Assembly: GCF_009834535.1 (NCBI RefSeq)
Contig: NC_045696.1
Span: 118,050,001-118,114,000 of the forward strand
DNA length: 64,000 nt
DNA from: Camelus ferus
Lineage: Eukaryota
Direction of reading: 5' to 3'
In this document: positions 26,252-38,768 of the stretch, piece after piece
Layout: every line of letters begins with the position of its first letter
Numbering within the stretch: the first letter of the stretch is position 1
Program-made: the position numbers and the translations under genes
Notes under the pieces: generated by a model
Told to the model about the DNA's origin: nothing
Seen by the model: only the letters and a program-made list of their open reading frames with translations
Databases searched by the model: none

Positions 26252-26668
26252 TTTTTAAAAATTGAAATACAGATGACTTACAATATTATATTAGTTTCAG
26301 GTGTACAACATAGTGATTAGATATTTTCACAGACTATACCACATATAAAGTATTAAAATATTGGCTATATTCCTTGTGCTGAACATTACATCCGTGTATC
26401 TTATTTATTTCATACCTAGCAGTCCGTATCTCTTAATCCCCTTCCTCTCTCTTGCCCCTCTCCCACTCCTCTCCCCACTGGTAACCACTAGTTTGTTCTC
26501 GGTACCTGTCAGTCTATTTCTGTTTTGCTATATTTGTTCATTTGTTTTATTGTTTAGATTCCACTTATAAGGAAACACAGTGTCTTTCTCTACCTGAATT
26601 ATTTCAGTAAGCGTAATACTGTCCAGTTCCAACCATATTGTTGCAAATGGCAAAACTTCATTTTTTTG
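26252..26668 (-). mobile_element. L1 3' end fragment
   Basis: 'ttagtttcaggtgtacaacatagtgatt...ggtaaccactagtttgttctc...ttagattccac...gttgcaaatggca'. Confidence 0.85.
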
Positions 26669-28940
26669 ACACCGACTTCAGATCGCTGTTCTGTGTAAAC
26701 ATTCAAAAGAAGATGGTTGGGGTGGACAATCAGAGAATAAACCTCCTCATCACTGGGAAGGAAGAACAGTCTCTAGGGGACTGATGAGGGGGGGCAGAAA
26801 GATAGTGAGGATAGTCAACAGAGAAGAAATTAAGCCCCAGAGGACTCTGGACGGAGACCATGAATTGTCCCTAGCCCCACTGTTCAATTTTCCCTTAGTA
26901 ATAGAACCCCAGCCCATCCTCAGGTTTTAGCAAGACACATGGCTTTCCGTCTTGCAACTGCATTTCCCAGCTAGTTGCGGCCCCTGGACTGAATTCCCAC
27001 CAGCAGCACGCGAGCAGAGAGCCTTGGGGCATTTCAGCACAAGGACTTTCTCTTTCCTTCCTCGACTGTGACCCAAGGACAGGACCCCTTTTCCTTCTGC
27101 GTCATGGGCTGATTTGGCATGCTTTAAATACAGAAAGAGACAAAGGCTTATAGAGGAAACCCGTCATGCTGAAATCATAAGAATTCTGAAGGAAACCAAT
27201 CACAATGAAATACAGTTACAAAATATTTTGAGATAAATATATGCCACATACTCCATGTATTCCTATATTGACATATTACACACAGGATTTAACAAGGGGG
27301 TCTAATGACAAACATGGCTGTAAAGTGATGAGTATAAATGGTAGTTTGAGATGACTGCAGTGACTATAATGTGAGCTGACAATACCTGCGCCATCTATTT
27401 GTGGCCAAGTCACTAGCCTTGCTAACATTACTATGGGTTTTTGCCTATAATTGAAGGAAATACTACATTTCTGTTAGAGATTTTCTTACTCAAGTTCTTA
27501 GACATCCTAAACTCTATCCATAGACCCCAGATTAGAGGATATTGGAGCAACAAGAGAGAAGGAATCGGTGACCTTGGATGACCCATGGAACAGAGCCACC
27601 ACTTCCCTGGACCCTCTCCCTACTGACCTCTGTACTGTTACTTAAGAAGAGAGAAATATCTCTCTTGTTTGCACCACTCTGCCATCCCTTTTTCTGTATG
27701 TGTCTCCCAGGTATGACAGCGGAGCTGTACTCCAACTAAGCAGTTCTCAAACTGTTTGGTCTTCAGACCATTTGACAATCTTGAAAATTGTTGAGGATCT
27801 TGAAAAACTTTATATGGGTTCTAGTTATCAATATTTACCACATTAGAAATTAAAACTGAGGCATTTTTATTTTTTCATTCGTTAAAAAACAACAGTAACA
27901 ACCCCATTACATGTTAACATAAATAAATCTTTATGAAAGAGGATAGCTGTATTTCCCAAAACAAACCAAAGACAAATTGGTGAGAATAGGCCCTGGTTTA
28001 CGTTTGTGAAAATCTCTTTAGTGTCTGGTTTAATCGAAGACAGCTGGAGTCTCATACTTGATCATTCAATACGTTTCGATTTGTTGTTTTGGTTGACGTA
28101 TATGAAGAAAACTCAGCTTCACACAGAGATGTAGGAAAAGAGAGGAATATTTTAATAGCCATTGGAGACAACTGTGGGTATTCCTTTTTGATATTATACT
28201 AAAACTCGACAAGTGGTATTTCTTAAAAGTTAGTTGTAATGTGGATCTGAAACCACTTACGTGAAAATCCACTGGTCTATCACTTTGAATGGTTCTCTTA
28301 CCCACACATGATTTTGCATCATGAATTGGTCCTTTTGACAATACTGGTTCACTGAGTCATCCAGGTCTACCAAATGCTGACACATCATTGCAAAATGTGA
28401 AAAAATCAGACTAGTTAAATTCACCATAGAGCTCATCAAAAAAAGTTTTTAAGTATTGGGAAGCTGTCAAGCTCATGGTGGTGGATACACCTCTTCCACA
28501 ATTATAATTTTCACTTGAAAGCGCTAACGCTATCACTGGCAACAAGTACTGTCAGTTGTTTTCCTTGAAGTGACAGGCTTTCTTACTTCCTTTTTAAGGA
28601 AATGTCTGCCAACCACTATAGCTTGTCTATCAGTCACTCTTTCCAGGAAAGACGGTTTTCTACGAAAAAGTGGCTAATTTATCTCACAGCTCTTAAACAA
28701 TTGCCTGAGCGCTTTGACTTGAGACCACCACCACGCCTCAGCATGTGCAAAAGTGCTTTATGCACCCTTTCCATTTTGTCCCCCAGGGCGTTAAAAAGAT
28801 ATGCACTCAAGGGTTGAGGTTTGATTACATTAATTGTATCTGATTAATGAATTTATGAATGAATGAGTGGAATGAATGAAGAACGTTTATATTTCTTTAT
28901 CAGGGACATTCTTAAGTAAAACTGGCCTTTTAAAATATAT

Positions 28941-29550
28941 TTATTTCAATTCAAACCATTGAAGGGACCAAGCGCCAAGCCCTGTGAATCCTTTTCCCAG
29001 GGCTGGGCCTGGGTAACAAGGACTTGCTGTTCCCTCCCTCCACTCAGGCATTCACTTCAAAGGATCAACACCTGAGCTGCACTGAAGCCAGTAGAAGCAG
29101 GGCAAGCCCCTCCTTTAATCAGAGTTTCTCCAATTTCACATTCTGTGCACAACAGTCAGCTCCCCCATGGTCAACTTCTCTCGTCTAAAATATACTGGAA
29201 TTCTTAGATCACACCATGAAATGACCTTTTCCTATATTCAGCAAATGCTTGGGTTGTGTCTTCTTAGTGGTGAAAGCAATGTGGTAAGTGAGGGGAAATC
29301 TTTCACTTACTTTGAGTATTCATCAGGCCTCGTTTCTCAAGACAGTGTTGGTAACTGTTACACACCAGTCATAGACGTGAACTGTAAAAGCTGCTCTAGA
29401 CATGTATGGACACATTTTTTGTGGACCTTCTTTTCCCTTCAGTAAAATCCTGGGCACAGAATATCTTGTTGGTGCCGAATTTGTAGGGTTAAATTCATTT
29501 TTCCAACATGTTTGTACCATTAAAATTTCTCATCATTGAAAAACAAAACA
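28941..29550 (+). other. Orphan ~600-bp retro-inserted 3'UTR-like sequence
   Basis: Interrupts Charlie1 at tttt|aaaatatat; ATTAAA at 29519-29524; A-rich tail from 29539, then aaaacatatat and (TA)n. Confidence 0.55.
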
Positions 29551-29593
29551 TATATATATATATATATAGATATATCTATATATATATATATAT
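29551..29593. repeat. (TA)n microsatellite
   Basis: Direct reading. Confidence 0.9.
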
Positions 29594-30349
29594 CTCAAGG
29601 GCCTGGCAGTGAAAAAGTATAATTACTACTAGAATTTGGGGATTATGGCCTTGATTTGTGCCGAGGCATCAGCAATTTTTCCCTCAGAGCAAATGGCAGT
29701 ACAGTGAAAAGGACAGATAAAACCTTAATATTATTATGGAAATAGCTGGACCTGGGAAATGCCTGAGAGAGCCCAGGGACCTGACTTTGAGAACTGCTGC
29801 TGCAACTAATACAGCCTACGGGACCAAAAGCAGACGATACACTGGGCGGGGAAGGCTCAGGGAAGAGGGACACCAGGTGACAAGAAACGAGTCAGTGTGA
29901 GGTTTACTCACTGTACCACGACCCTGGTCCATCCCATCCCTGGGGAGGCAAGGACCCTGGTTCCAGCGGCCACCCCTGGGTCTCATCAGCACCTCCACCC
30001 CTGACCACTCCCATCAAGGCTTTGACCAGCCAAGTAACGCCTCTCAGGTTCTCAGGACGGAGATCTGATCATTTCTCTCGTTTCCGCCATGCAGCGTTCT
30101 TCCTACACCCACACTTCTTTCCTAAACCTCTTGTTTTCTGAAACCGCTCCCATCTGCACGCCTGTCCAGGCATTTTGCAGTGGGATGAGTAAAGTTACAG
30201 CCTGACCCAGCTCTCAGGCTGCAGCTAATCCGTGCAGAGGTGGACCCCAGACTCAAGCTGGGCCTGTAACCCTTGGCTGAACACGTACGTTCACCCTGGG
30301 AGTGCCAACTGGTGGGTCTCCCAACTGGCTGCAGCTGGAGGGGAGGCGC

Positions 30350-30500
30350 CAGTGGGTCTCAAACTAGGTATTAGCATCACCTGGAGGGCTTGTTCAACCA
30401 GACGGTGGGCCCCACCCCAGAGTTTCTGATTCTGTAGGTCTGGGGTGGGGCCTGAGATTTCACATTTCTAGGGATTTCCCAGGTGAAGCTAATGATGCTA
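30350..30500 (+). mobile_element. MER5A
   Basis: 'cagtgggtctcaaact...catcacctggagggcttgtt...gtttctgattctgtaggtctggggtggggcctgaga'. Confidence 0.8.
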
Positions 30501-31039
30501 GTCTGGGGATTGAAGATGGATGTAAAGTTCCAGAACTATCGGGCTCAGGGTCATGGTTCCCATTACACATCTAGAGAGGCTGAAAAAAAAATCTGTCTGG
30601 AGATATAGGTAAACAGATAGACAAAGGAAGAGACAGACAGACATACAGAAAGCCTGAAATACAGAGGTGAGATTCACAGAGACTACCCTGGTAGTTTTCA
30701 AGGGCTGTTCCCCTTGGTTCCTGAATCTCAGCCACACGCCTATCTTTGGGCTTCCCTAAATCTCCTGCACCCTCATAATAAAATGTGAATTACGGTTGGG
30801 TTTCTGCGCTTATTAAAGCCCAATATCTTCTTAATAGATGCACCTTCCCAGAACCACCCCTGCAGGCTGGCTTTTCCTGGAAATTCTATTTGGAGCCATA
30901 AACCAGGGCAAGGAAACAGAATGGATGTCATGAAGCCTGTCACAGACACCAAGACCTTCATCAGAGCCACTGGTGGGAAGACCCCACCAGATGCCAAAAG
31001 TAAAGTGAGCGACAGCTCAGGAGAGCATCACAGAAGGGA

Positions 31040-31260
31040 TGCAAGCTCTGAGTGAGAACGCACTGGTTTAAATCCGGTTCCACTGCTTGCCAATTCCTTT
31101 AACTCCCTAAGCCTCAGTGTCTTTTCTAGTAGGTGAGGATGATTATAGGACCTACCTCATAACATTCCTGTGGCAATGAAACAGGATCTGTAGGGCAGCT
31201 TAGCCCAGCATCTGGCATGGGGTAAGCCCTCAAAAATGTTGAGTACCGTTATTATTAATT
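31040..31260 (+). mobile_element. MIR SINE
   Basis: 'taactccctaagcctcagtgtc...gatgattataggacctacctcata...tagcccagcatctggcat'. Confidence 0.7.
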
Positions 31261-32469
31261 ACTCTTTCTGGTCTCTTCTCACTGTGATCTTAGATCTGCA
31301 GAACCAAGTTCATGGACCCTGGTCTCTAGCTTTTCTCTTGTCCTCTGGATTTGGCTCTTGTGCTTGGTCTCTCCAGGCTGTGTTATTGCACCTACAGCTC
31401 CTCACCCCAGTTCCAGCTATAAGCAATCTGCTTTTACCAGGAGATAATTCAGGCCTCCAAACCATCAACGTTATTAATTCCACCAAAGGTTGAGAGTCTT
31501 CAAGGGAGAGTCCTAGACCCAACCATCTGGGCAGGGATTCCAAGGCAAAACAAGGCCTGGGGATGGATTTCAGCAAGCTGGTAACAAGAGTCAAGGCATA
31601 AAGATGCTGGAAGCAAGGTGGGGTGGGAAGAGTTCAGGTGTTATGGAGGCTTCTCATATAGTGTCCCTGGCTTCAGGTATGGGGATCTAGGGTCAGGTAA
31701 AGAATCTGGTAAGGGGTAGACACCGCCCTTGTCAGGTGTGACACCAACCATGCCTGACAATGGCATTGGCTGCCACTCAACCATGTTGAAAATCAATTTC
31801 TGTCTTCAGTGTCTTCCATTTCCAGCTTGTTTCAGTGTGTCCTAAAAACCCATGCCAGCCACCTGCCACAGAGCCAACTCATAGAGTAAGCCAACTCTCA
31901 TATCCTAATAAGGGACAACACAGAAGAACAGTTAACCCAAGTTCTATACCCTTTGGACATTTCTATCCATGCCCCTCTTCTCTGTCTTCCTCAGAAGTCT
32001 TCTCAGGCTGTCATTCCTCCTCCTCCAATACACCTAGCTCCCCAAGTCTCCTTGGTAGCCAATATCTCTCTGTTCTCTGGGACTGCTTCCCATGACAGAA
32101 ACGTGACCATCCTCCAGGAACAATGTCTCCTTGACAACCTTATCAAATTGAGGCTGTGGGTTCTCCCATGATGCCAGCATCTTCCCTGCCTCTTCCAAAA
32201 CTACCTCCTGAGAGGCTTTCCCATTCAGTCCTCCCATTCACTCCATGGTTTCAGTTCCTGAATTCCTGCCTGTGTACCAATGAGTGCTAAGCCTTTATTT
32301 CCATCCCATCTTTTCCTCTGGTCACCAGACTGACACATCCAAATGCCCTTGGAAATCTCTGAAGTTGTCCCACAGCCACCTTAAAATGAAATGTTCCCAA
32401 CAGGACCCCCTATTCTTATAGCTGCAAAGTTCTTTTTCCTCCCATGTTCTGTACTTCAACACATGGCCA

Positions 32470-32955
32470 TATAGCAAAGAACTGAGAACTTCTGCCAACG
32501 ACTAACATCTACTTGCCCGTCAAATGAAGGAGTCACATCAGAAGTGGACCCTCTTGCCTCTGTCAAGATGGTGAATGACTACAGCACCAGCCAGTATCTT
32601 GACTGCAACCTCGTGAGAGACCACGAAACAGAAGCACCCAGCTATGCTGCTCCTCAATACCTAACCCACAGAAACTGTGAGCTGATAAATGTTGATTGTT
32701 GTTTTCAGCCAATAATTGAGAAAGTGGGGTAATTTGCAGGAAGACATTGTGGTTGGCACTGGAATACAGTCATGAACATGAGAGATGTTATCCTTGTCCT
32801 CATGGAGCTTATAGGTTATCTATGCCCTAGTCTTGCCCTAGATCAGCAGAACCTCCCTGCCAATCTATAAATTCATAAGAAATAATAAATGATTGTTGTT
32901 TTAAGCTACTAAAATTTGGGATCATTTGCTATACAGCAATAGCTAACTGATGTAT
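32470..32955 (+). mobile_element. MLT1 LTR 3' fragments
   Basis: 'acccacagaaactgtgag' and 'gttgttttaagctactaaaatttggg...tgctatacagcaatagctaactga'. Confidence 0.6.
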
Positions 32956-33929
32956 GTGGGGGAGATGCAACAAAGGAGTTGTTTGTATAGCAAAAATAAA
33001 GTATCTAAAAAGGCACAATTCATTCACAGTACTCTCAAATCTAAATAACTACTGCTGAAGGTGGGATGTTTTCAACCTGTGTGTCCAATAATCTTCATTC
33101 AAAAGACTGATGTGTGACCTGGAATCCTTGCTACAATGATTACAGCAATAAAGAGATAGAGAAATCAAATAGCAAATAAAAGCCTTCTGCTGTGCTGTTC
33201 TAGACACAGCTGCCCTAATAGAGAAATGAACAATTTCTACTTTCCTTGCAGTTTTTCAGCTCAGAATTACTTTAAAATAAATCCCAATGAAAGCAATAAT
33301 CAGTTATGTCAAGAAGAAAACAAAGTTTGATCTGAAAATACTAACAGAATCTAACATTTTAGAAATAAATTACCATGTCATGTCCCATGGCAATATTGCA
33401 TCCAATTGCTTAAAGATAAGTTATACGATCAACTCCTGGGTGTCTGCATGTGGATTATCCATTTTGTAGACTATGAAAGGCAAACATTTAATTCAAAGTT
33501 TTTATCTCTCTTTTCTTCAGTGTACTTCTCTACCACCTTTCTAACTACTTTTAGTCATAGTATGCTAAGGGGACAGAAATTGAGTGTGATACAGTAATAA
33601 TTCACTTCTATTGCATCATACAAAAAGAAGCTGTTCAATATAATTTTCAAGATGGCCTAAAAGTTATCCAAGTACTCTTGCTTTTTTAAAGGAAAAAAAA
33701 AAAAAAACCAACTATAATCATCCTGGTATAAATTTATCTAAAATGTATTCTGCATTTTCCCTCCTTATAACACAGAAGGTGCTTTGTTCCACAAATAAAC
33801 CTTTGCTGTACAAGGTACTTTAGTAGATGCTAAAAAGATGCAAAGGTAAATCAAAACAGGGTTCCAACCTCAAGTGGCTTACAACTGAAAGAGGGCGGAT
33901 GGGTCATAAGACATATATAGATGAGTTAG

Positions 33930-34259
33930 TGTAGTAGAGAATAGCCTTTGTTTTGTTGGAGGTTTACAGAGACACTATGACCTAGCCCTCAGGGATGGCT
34001 GCAAGAACAAAGAATGCCTGCAGCAAGAAGATTACATCAACCACACCCCCCCCCCTTATTTTTCCTCCCCCTTCCTTATTTTTTGTATAAAAGGAGCCTG
34101 CATTCTGACTAGAGCAGGGTGGTTCTCCAAGACATTAGTCTGCCATCCTCTCAGTTTGCCGGCTCTCTGAATAAAGTCGCTATTCCTTGCCCCAACACCT
34201 CATCCCCCGATTTATTGGCCTGTCATGCGGTGAGCAGAATGAGTTTGGACTCGGCAACA
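33930..34259 (+). mobile_element. ERV1-type solo LTR (family A, copy 1)
   Basis: TG...CA ends, TATAAAA at 34086, AATAAA at 34170, 4-bp TSD TTAG (33926-33929 and 34260-34263). Confidence 0.9.
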
Positions 34260-35812
34260 TTAGCAGTAAGGCCATGAAAATGGTAGAGAAAAGTGATATA
34301 TGAATTCAAGGAAAATTTTGAGTCCATTTAGTGTCATGAGAGAAGACTTTGTGGAGCTGGATCTGGAGGACAAGAGGGTGGAGGAAGAGAAGATGTGCTC
34401 CAGGTGCAAAATGTAAGGGAGGGGATCAAAAAACTCAGCAGTCGAAATATGTAGCATTTCACTGTATAATTTTTAAGAGTCAAAATTAATTATGATGAAC
34501 ATAAGATCAACAGTTTAAATAAAGACTGGACCAGTAACAGCACCAAGTACAGCCCTATTGGAGTCTGAGGCAAAAGCAAAAATCCATAAATGGCTATTAG
34601 AGCTGGTGACTAAGGAGCCTGCTAACTACGGGTTTCATCACTTTCTAAAATTATAGTCTATTGTAAAAAAAAAAAAAAAAAAGAAAGAAATAGTGGTCTA
34701 CTGCAGGGAATGCTAATTTCCGTGATCACTGACATCTTTTTACAATGTGGGGTGCCACACCCTGAACAGAGTATTGAGGAAGTAAGATTGCATGTGTGTC
34801 GATGACTTGCTAATAGGAGCAGAGACTGGCTTCAGGCACTTTGTCCCGTAACCAATGAGGACATTTAGATGGCTACCACCTTTCAAGTTGTAAGTCAGAA
34901 TATTGGGTCAGAATCGCCCTGCTCTAACAGTTAACATTAATGTTTTTCTCTACACTCTTTTCTGGAGACAGCTCTCTCTAGGCAGCCTGAGGCACCTATC
35001 TGCCTTTGAGGGGAAATTAGGGCTGTTAAACAGGAATGCAAAGAAAATAAAAGCTATAGTTTAGCCTCTGACTTGGAAAATAGAATTTTCAAATACATAG
35101 CAATACTTAGAAGCAAGGCTCTAATCAAAGAAAAAGAATTTCTAAATTCCCTTTTCTCCTGCTTTAACTCATCAAGGGAGGAGCTGACTCTGATCAGAGG
35201 GTCTTCTAGTGAAGATAAGCACCCCACCCACCTTTGGCCAAAGCCCCGGGGCCCACCGTGCCAGGTAAGGGGGGTTGATACAAAGGAAATGGAAAGCCCA
35301 ACACTTGCTGCTTCTCATACAAAGGAGTCTAGGGAAGAGAGAAGCAAAAGAGGAAGGAGATGAGCTTCTCTGAAAATATGCTTCTCTCATTTGAAAGTTA
35401 AAGGAAGTGACAAGACCAAAGGGGATTTTCATGAATTTAATTTTAAGACCCAAGAGGACACTTGCCAACTCCAGCTTCAGGGACAGCCCAATTCAAGTCA
35501 AGCGAGAGCATGGTTAGGCAGAGAGAGCCAGTGTTGTTTTTTTGCGTCCAAGTTAGGTGTGGACAAAACCTGAAAGTTCTCCCATGCCCCCACAGGGAGG
35601 TAGAAGGGTATCTGAGATGAGAGCCACAGGGCTTTCTGGGACTCACAGTGGCAAAGAACAAGGCTATCACATAGCGAAGACCCTGTGGTAAACTGCTTCA
35701 GCCATGACCAGGGGAAGGTGTGCTGGCGTGAAGCATGGCGAGCCCAAGGGAACAGGTGTGCACGTAGGTGCCCAGGTCATACAGTGCATGGTCACACATG
35801 GAAGACTCCCAG

Positions 35813-36122
35813 TGTCGTAGAGAATTACCTTTGTTTTGTTGGAGGTTTACAGAGACACCATGACCTAGCCCTCGGGGATGGCTGCAAGAACAAAGAATGC
35901 CTGCAGCAAGAAGATAACAATCAACGACACCCCCTCCCTTATTTTTTGTATAGAAGGAGCCTGCATTCTGACTAGAGCAGGATGGTTCTTCAAGACACTA
36001 GTCTGCCATCCTCTCAGTCTGCCGGCTTTCTGAATAAAGTCTCTACTCTTTGCCCCAACACCTCGTTTCCTGATTTATTGGCCTGTCTTGGGGCGAGCAG
36101 AACAAGTTTGGGCTCGGCAACA
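35813..36122 (+). mobile_element. ERV1-type solo LTR (family A, copy 2)
   Basis: Highly similar to 33930-34259; AATAAA at 36033; TSD CCAG (35809-35812 and 36123-36126). Confidence 0.9.
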
Positions 36123-36155
36123 CCAGGACCTGGCCAAGCAGGGAAATTGTACCCT

Positions 36156-37197
36156 TGAGACAGGAGGGAAGGGGGCAGGACACAACCATTAAAAGAATGA
36201 CAGGATATTGAAAGAGGATTAATAAAATGGCCACACTTAGGCTAACAGATTGCTTATTCTTATGCTTGCCCTTAGAACGGTCAACTGACCTGACAGACCA
36301 GTTGCTACTCACAGCTCCAGGCCTGTTGTTAAAATAAAGCTATAAATTCTACTGTCTCTGCTTTATTCCAGTAATCAAAACTAATAATCATACTCAGTTT
36401 CTGAGTTGTTCTCCAGGGAGAAGGTCACAGAACTGTAACCTCACAAAGTATGCTAAATACCAAGAAGACCACACCTTGGGCACTTACAAGATAAAGAGAT
36501 AAAGTGACAAAAGCTAATCTGTATAGAATTGGTCGCCTGGAGGCATCATGACGACACTCTAAGTCTTCTGATGAGAAAATGATTGTTGCATGTTACTGAT
36601 GCTTTATTGATTGAGCTCTGGCTGTAGAACCACCCCACCCCATCCCCAAGGTGGGCTCACAGTGTTGAAGGCACCAGTCTGATCTGAGTCCCCTTTGCCC
36701 GGCAAAGCAACAAAGCTGCCTCTTTTCTTCCAAGCTCCAAGACCCAGCCTCTGAGTTATTCGGCTCGTCAGGGACAGGGACCGATCTTTTGGCAACAATA
36801 TGATATAAACTGGTTAGAACCAAGTAGGTCTAAGATGGTGGAAGACTCGACTTCCAGTAGCCTCATTATACACTCATTGCAATACATTAGCTGCTAAATG
36901 ACACAACCACAGTCACCAGGACAGTTCCCAGGCTGACCATAAAAGGCCAAAAAGTGGGCAGGAGCCCAGTTCTAGGAACCTCCACCCCTTCCCCAAAACA
37001 GTTGGAATAATCCTCCCATTTGTTAGCCTATGAAATTACCCAGCCCATAAATACTAACCTCCCCTGTACCCCGGGGTCACTCTCCCTTCCGAGATGGACC
37101 ACATTCTGTCTATGGAATGTGTGTCTCTCTAAAAAAACTCGCCTTCACTTTACTATGCTTGCTCCTGAATTACTTCCTGAGCTGAACTCCGGTAACA
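36156..37197 (+). mobile_element. MER41-like ERV1 solo LTR, interrupted by a nested LTR
   Basis: Starts 'tgagacaggagggaagggggcagg', resumes at 'gatataaactggttagaacc...aagatggtgg...gaataatcctccc', ends 'ggtaaca'; TSD CCCT (36152-36155 and 37198-37201). Confidence 0.8.
36209..36797 (+). mobile_element. ERV1-type solo LTR (family B) nested in the MER41-like LTR
   Basis: 'tgaaagagg...ttttggcaaca'; TSD ATAT (36205-36208 and 36798-36801). Confidence 0.85.
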
Positions 37198-38019
37198 CCC
37201 TCAGTTATGCAAGTTGCCACCTCTAGCAACTTGTGTAATTCAGTCTGTTCTCTTGGCCTACATGGTAAAATATGTCCATGTAGACAAAGGACAATGCTAC
37301 AAAGACCAAGGGAGCCAGAAGACACCATGAGGTGGACACTGTCGAGGCTCTGCCCAGATCCTCTTGGATCCCTTAACAGGTTCTCTGTATACAAGCCCCC
37401 TCCCCGCCTTCCAATGTGCTTTTGCCTCTAATGCCTGCGCTTGAAACTCTTCTTTGGAGGTGTCCTTCAGGGTACTGGAGCAGTTTTATCACCTGCCACC
37501 TGGAGCTAGAAGCATCCTGGGAGTGGAGCTTAGGCAATGACTGATGAGGGAGGGGGCTGTGAAGGGAAGAAGGAAGCCCGGTCTCTTCACCCTAAGTCCT
37601 CAGGTGGGGACTACTTTGGGAAATAACTTAAGATGAGAGAGGTCCCCTGCATGACCAGGTTGAAGCTACCATCCACCCGCCTCTGCCTGAAGTGGCACCA
37701 TTACTCAGCTGCCTCCTCCGCCTGTTCTCTCACCGGCTCCCCCTCTTTGCTGTTCCCTCTTGTTCTTTTTGAGTTTCCTGAGGTGGATACTTAATTCATT
37801 TATATGTCTTCTTTTCAGTGTGATAACATTTATGTCTATGAAATTTCCTCTGAGTGCAGTTTTGATGTAACACTGAGTTTTCCTACGATGTGAATATTAT
37901 ATAATGGCCGTGCAGTTCTAAATATTCTATTACTGTATTGATTTCTTCTTTGAGCTAAAAGATACGTTGGAAGACAGTTGTATAATGCGCAAGTGTTTAA
38001 GTTTCTATTTGGTTAAATA

Positions 38020-38540
38020 TGAATAGATCTAAGAACGTATGTCCACATAAAAGCCTGTGCACGAATGTTCACAGCAGCATTATTTACAATAACCAAAAAA
38101 CAGAAACAACCCAAATGTCCATCAACTGATGCTGTTGATAAACAAAAGTGTATCCATACAATGGAATATTATTTGGCAATAGAAACAAATGATGTACTGG
38201 TATAGCTGCAACATGGATGAACCTTGAAAACCTCCTAAGTGAAAATGATCTGTCACAAACGACCATATGTTGTATGACTTTATTTATATGAAATGTCAAA
38301 AACAGACAAATCCACAGAGATAGAAAGTAGGTTAGTGGCTACCAGGATCAAGGAGGAGGGACTGGGGAATGACTGCCAATGGTATAGGGTTTCTTTTGGG
38401 GGTAATGAAACTGTTATGTGATTAAATAATGGTAACGGTTAAACAACTCTCTTAATATACTGAAAACCACTAAAGTGTACTATTTAAGAGTAAACTTTAT
38501 GGTACATGAATTATATGTCAATAAAGCTATTATTTTTTAA
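38020..38540 (+). mobile_element. L1MB/MC-type 3' end
   Basis: 'aatgttcacagcagcattattt...acaacccaaatgtccatcaac...acatggatgaaccttgaaaac...gaattatatgtcaataaagct'. Confidence 0.85.
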
Positions 38541-38648
38541 ACATATCATCGTAGCAAAAAAATTGGTTGTTCCTATATTTATGTCCAGAAAAAGTATGTA
38601 GGTGGAATTTTTTCTTTTTGTCTTATTTTAGGCCCCTGTTGTTTATCT

Positions 38649-38768
38649 TATTTTTTTGTTGGGGGGAGGTATTTAAATTTATTTATTTTTAATGGAGGGA
38701 CTGAGGATTGAACCCAGGACCTTGTGCATGCTAAGCACACACTCTACCACTGAGCTATACTCTCCCCC
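38649..38768 (-). mobile_element. tRNA-derived SINE (vic-1-like) nested in an L1 tail fragment
   Basis: A/B boxes on the minus strand; tgtttatct direct repeats at 38640 and 38769. Confidence 0.85.

Larger units (their letters stand above)
27740..29800 (-). mobile_element. Charlie1-type hAT DNA transposon with transposase C-terminal remnant, split by an insertion
   Basis: Terminal inverted repeats 'cagttctcaaact' and 'ctttgagaactgctg'; minus-strand frames give SVNQY..DQ.MMQNH.WV.EPFKV.D, DRPVDF and STLQLTFKK, typical of Charlie/Buster transposase. Confidence 0.85.

Noticed and set aside
33930..36122. Two similar LTRs read as the 5' and 3' ends of one deleted provirus
   Set aside because: Each LTR has its own TSD (TTAG vs CCAG), no TGG primer-binding site follows the first, and the spacer has no gag/pol/env-like ORF.
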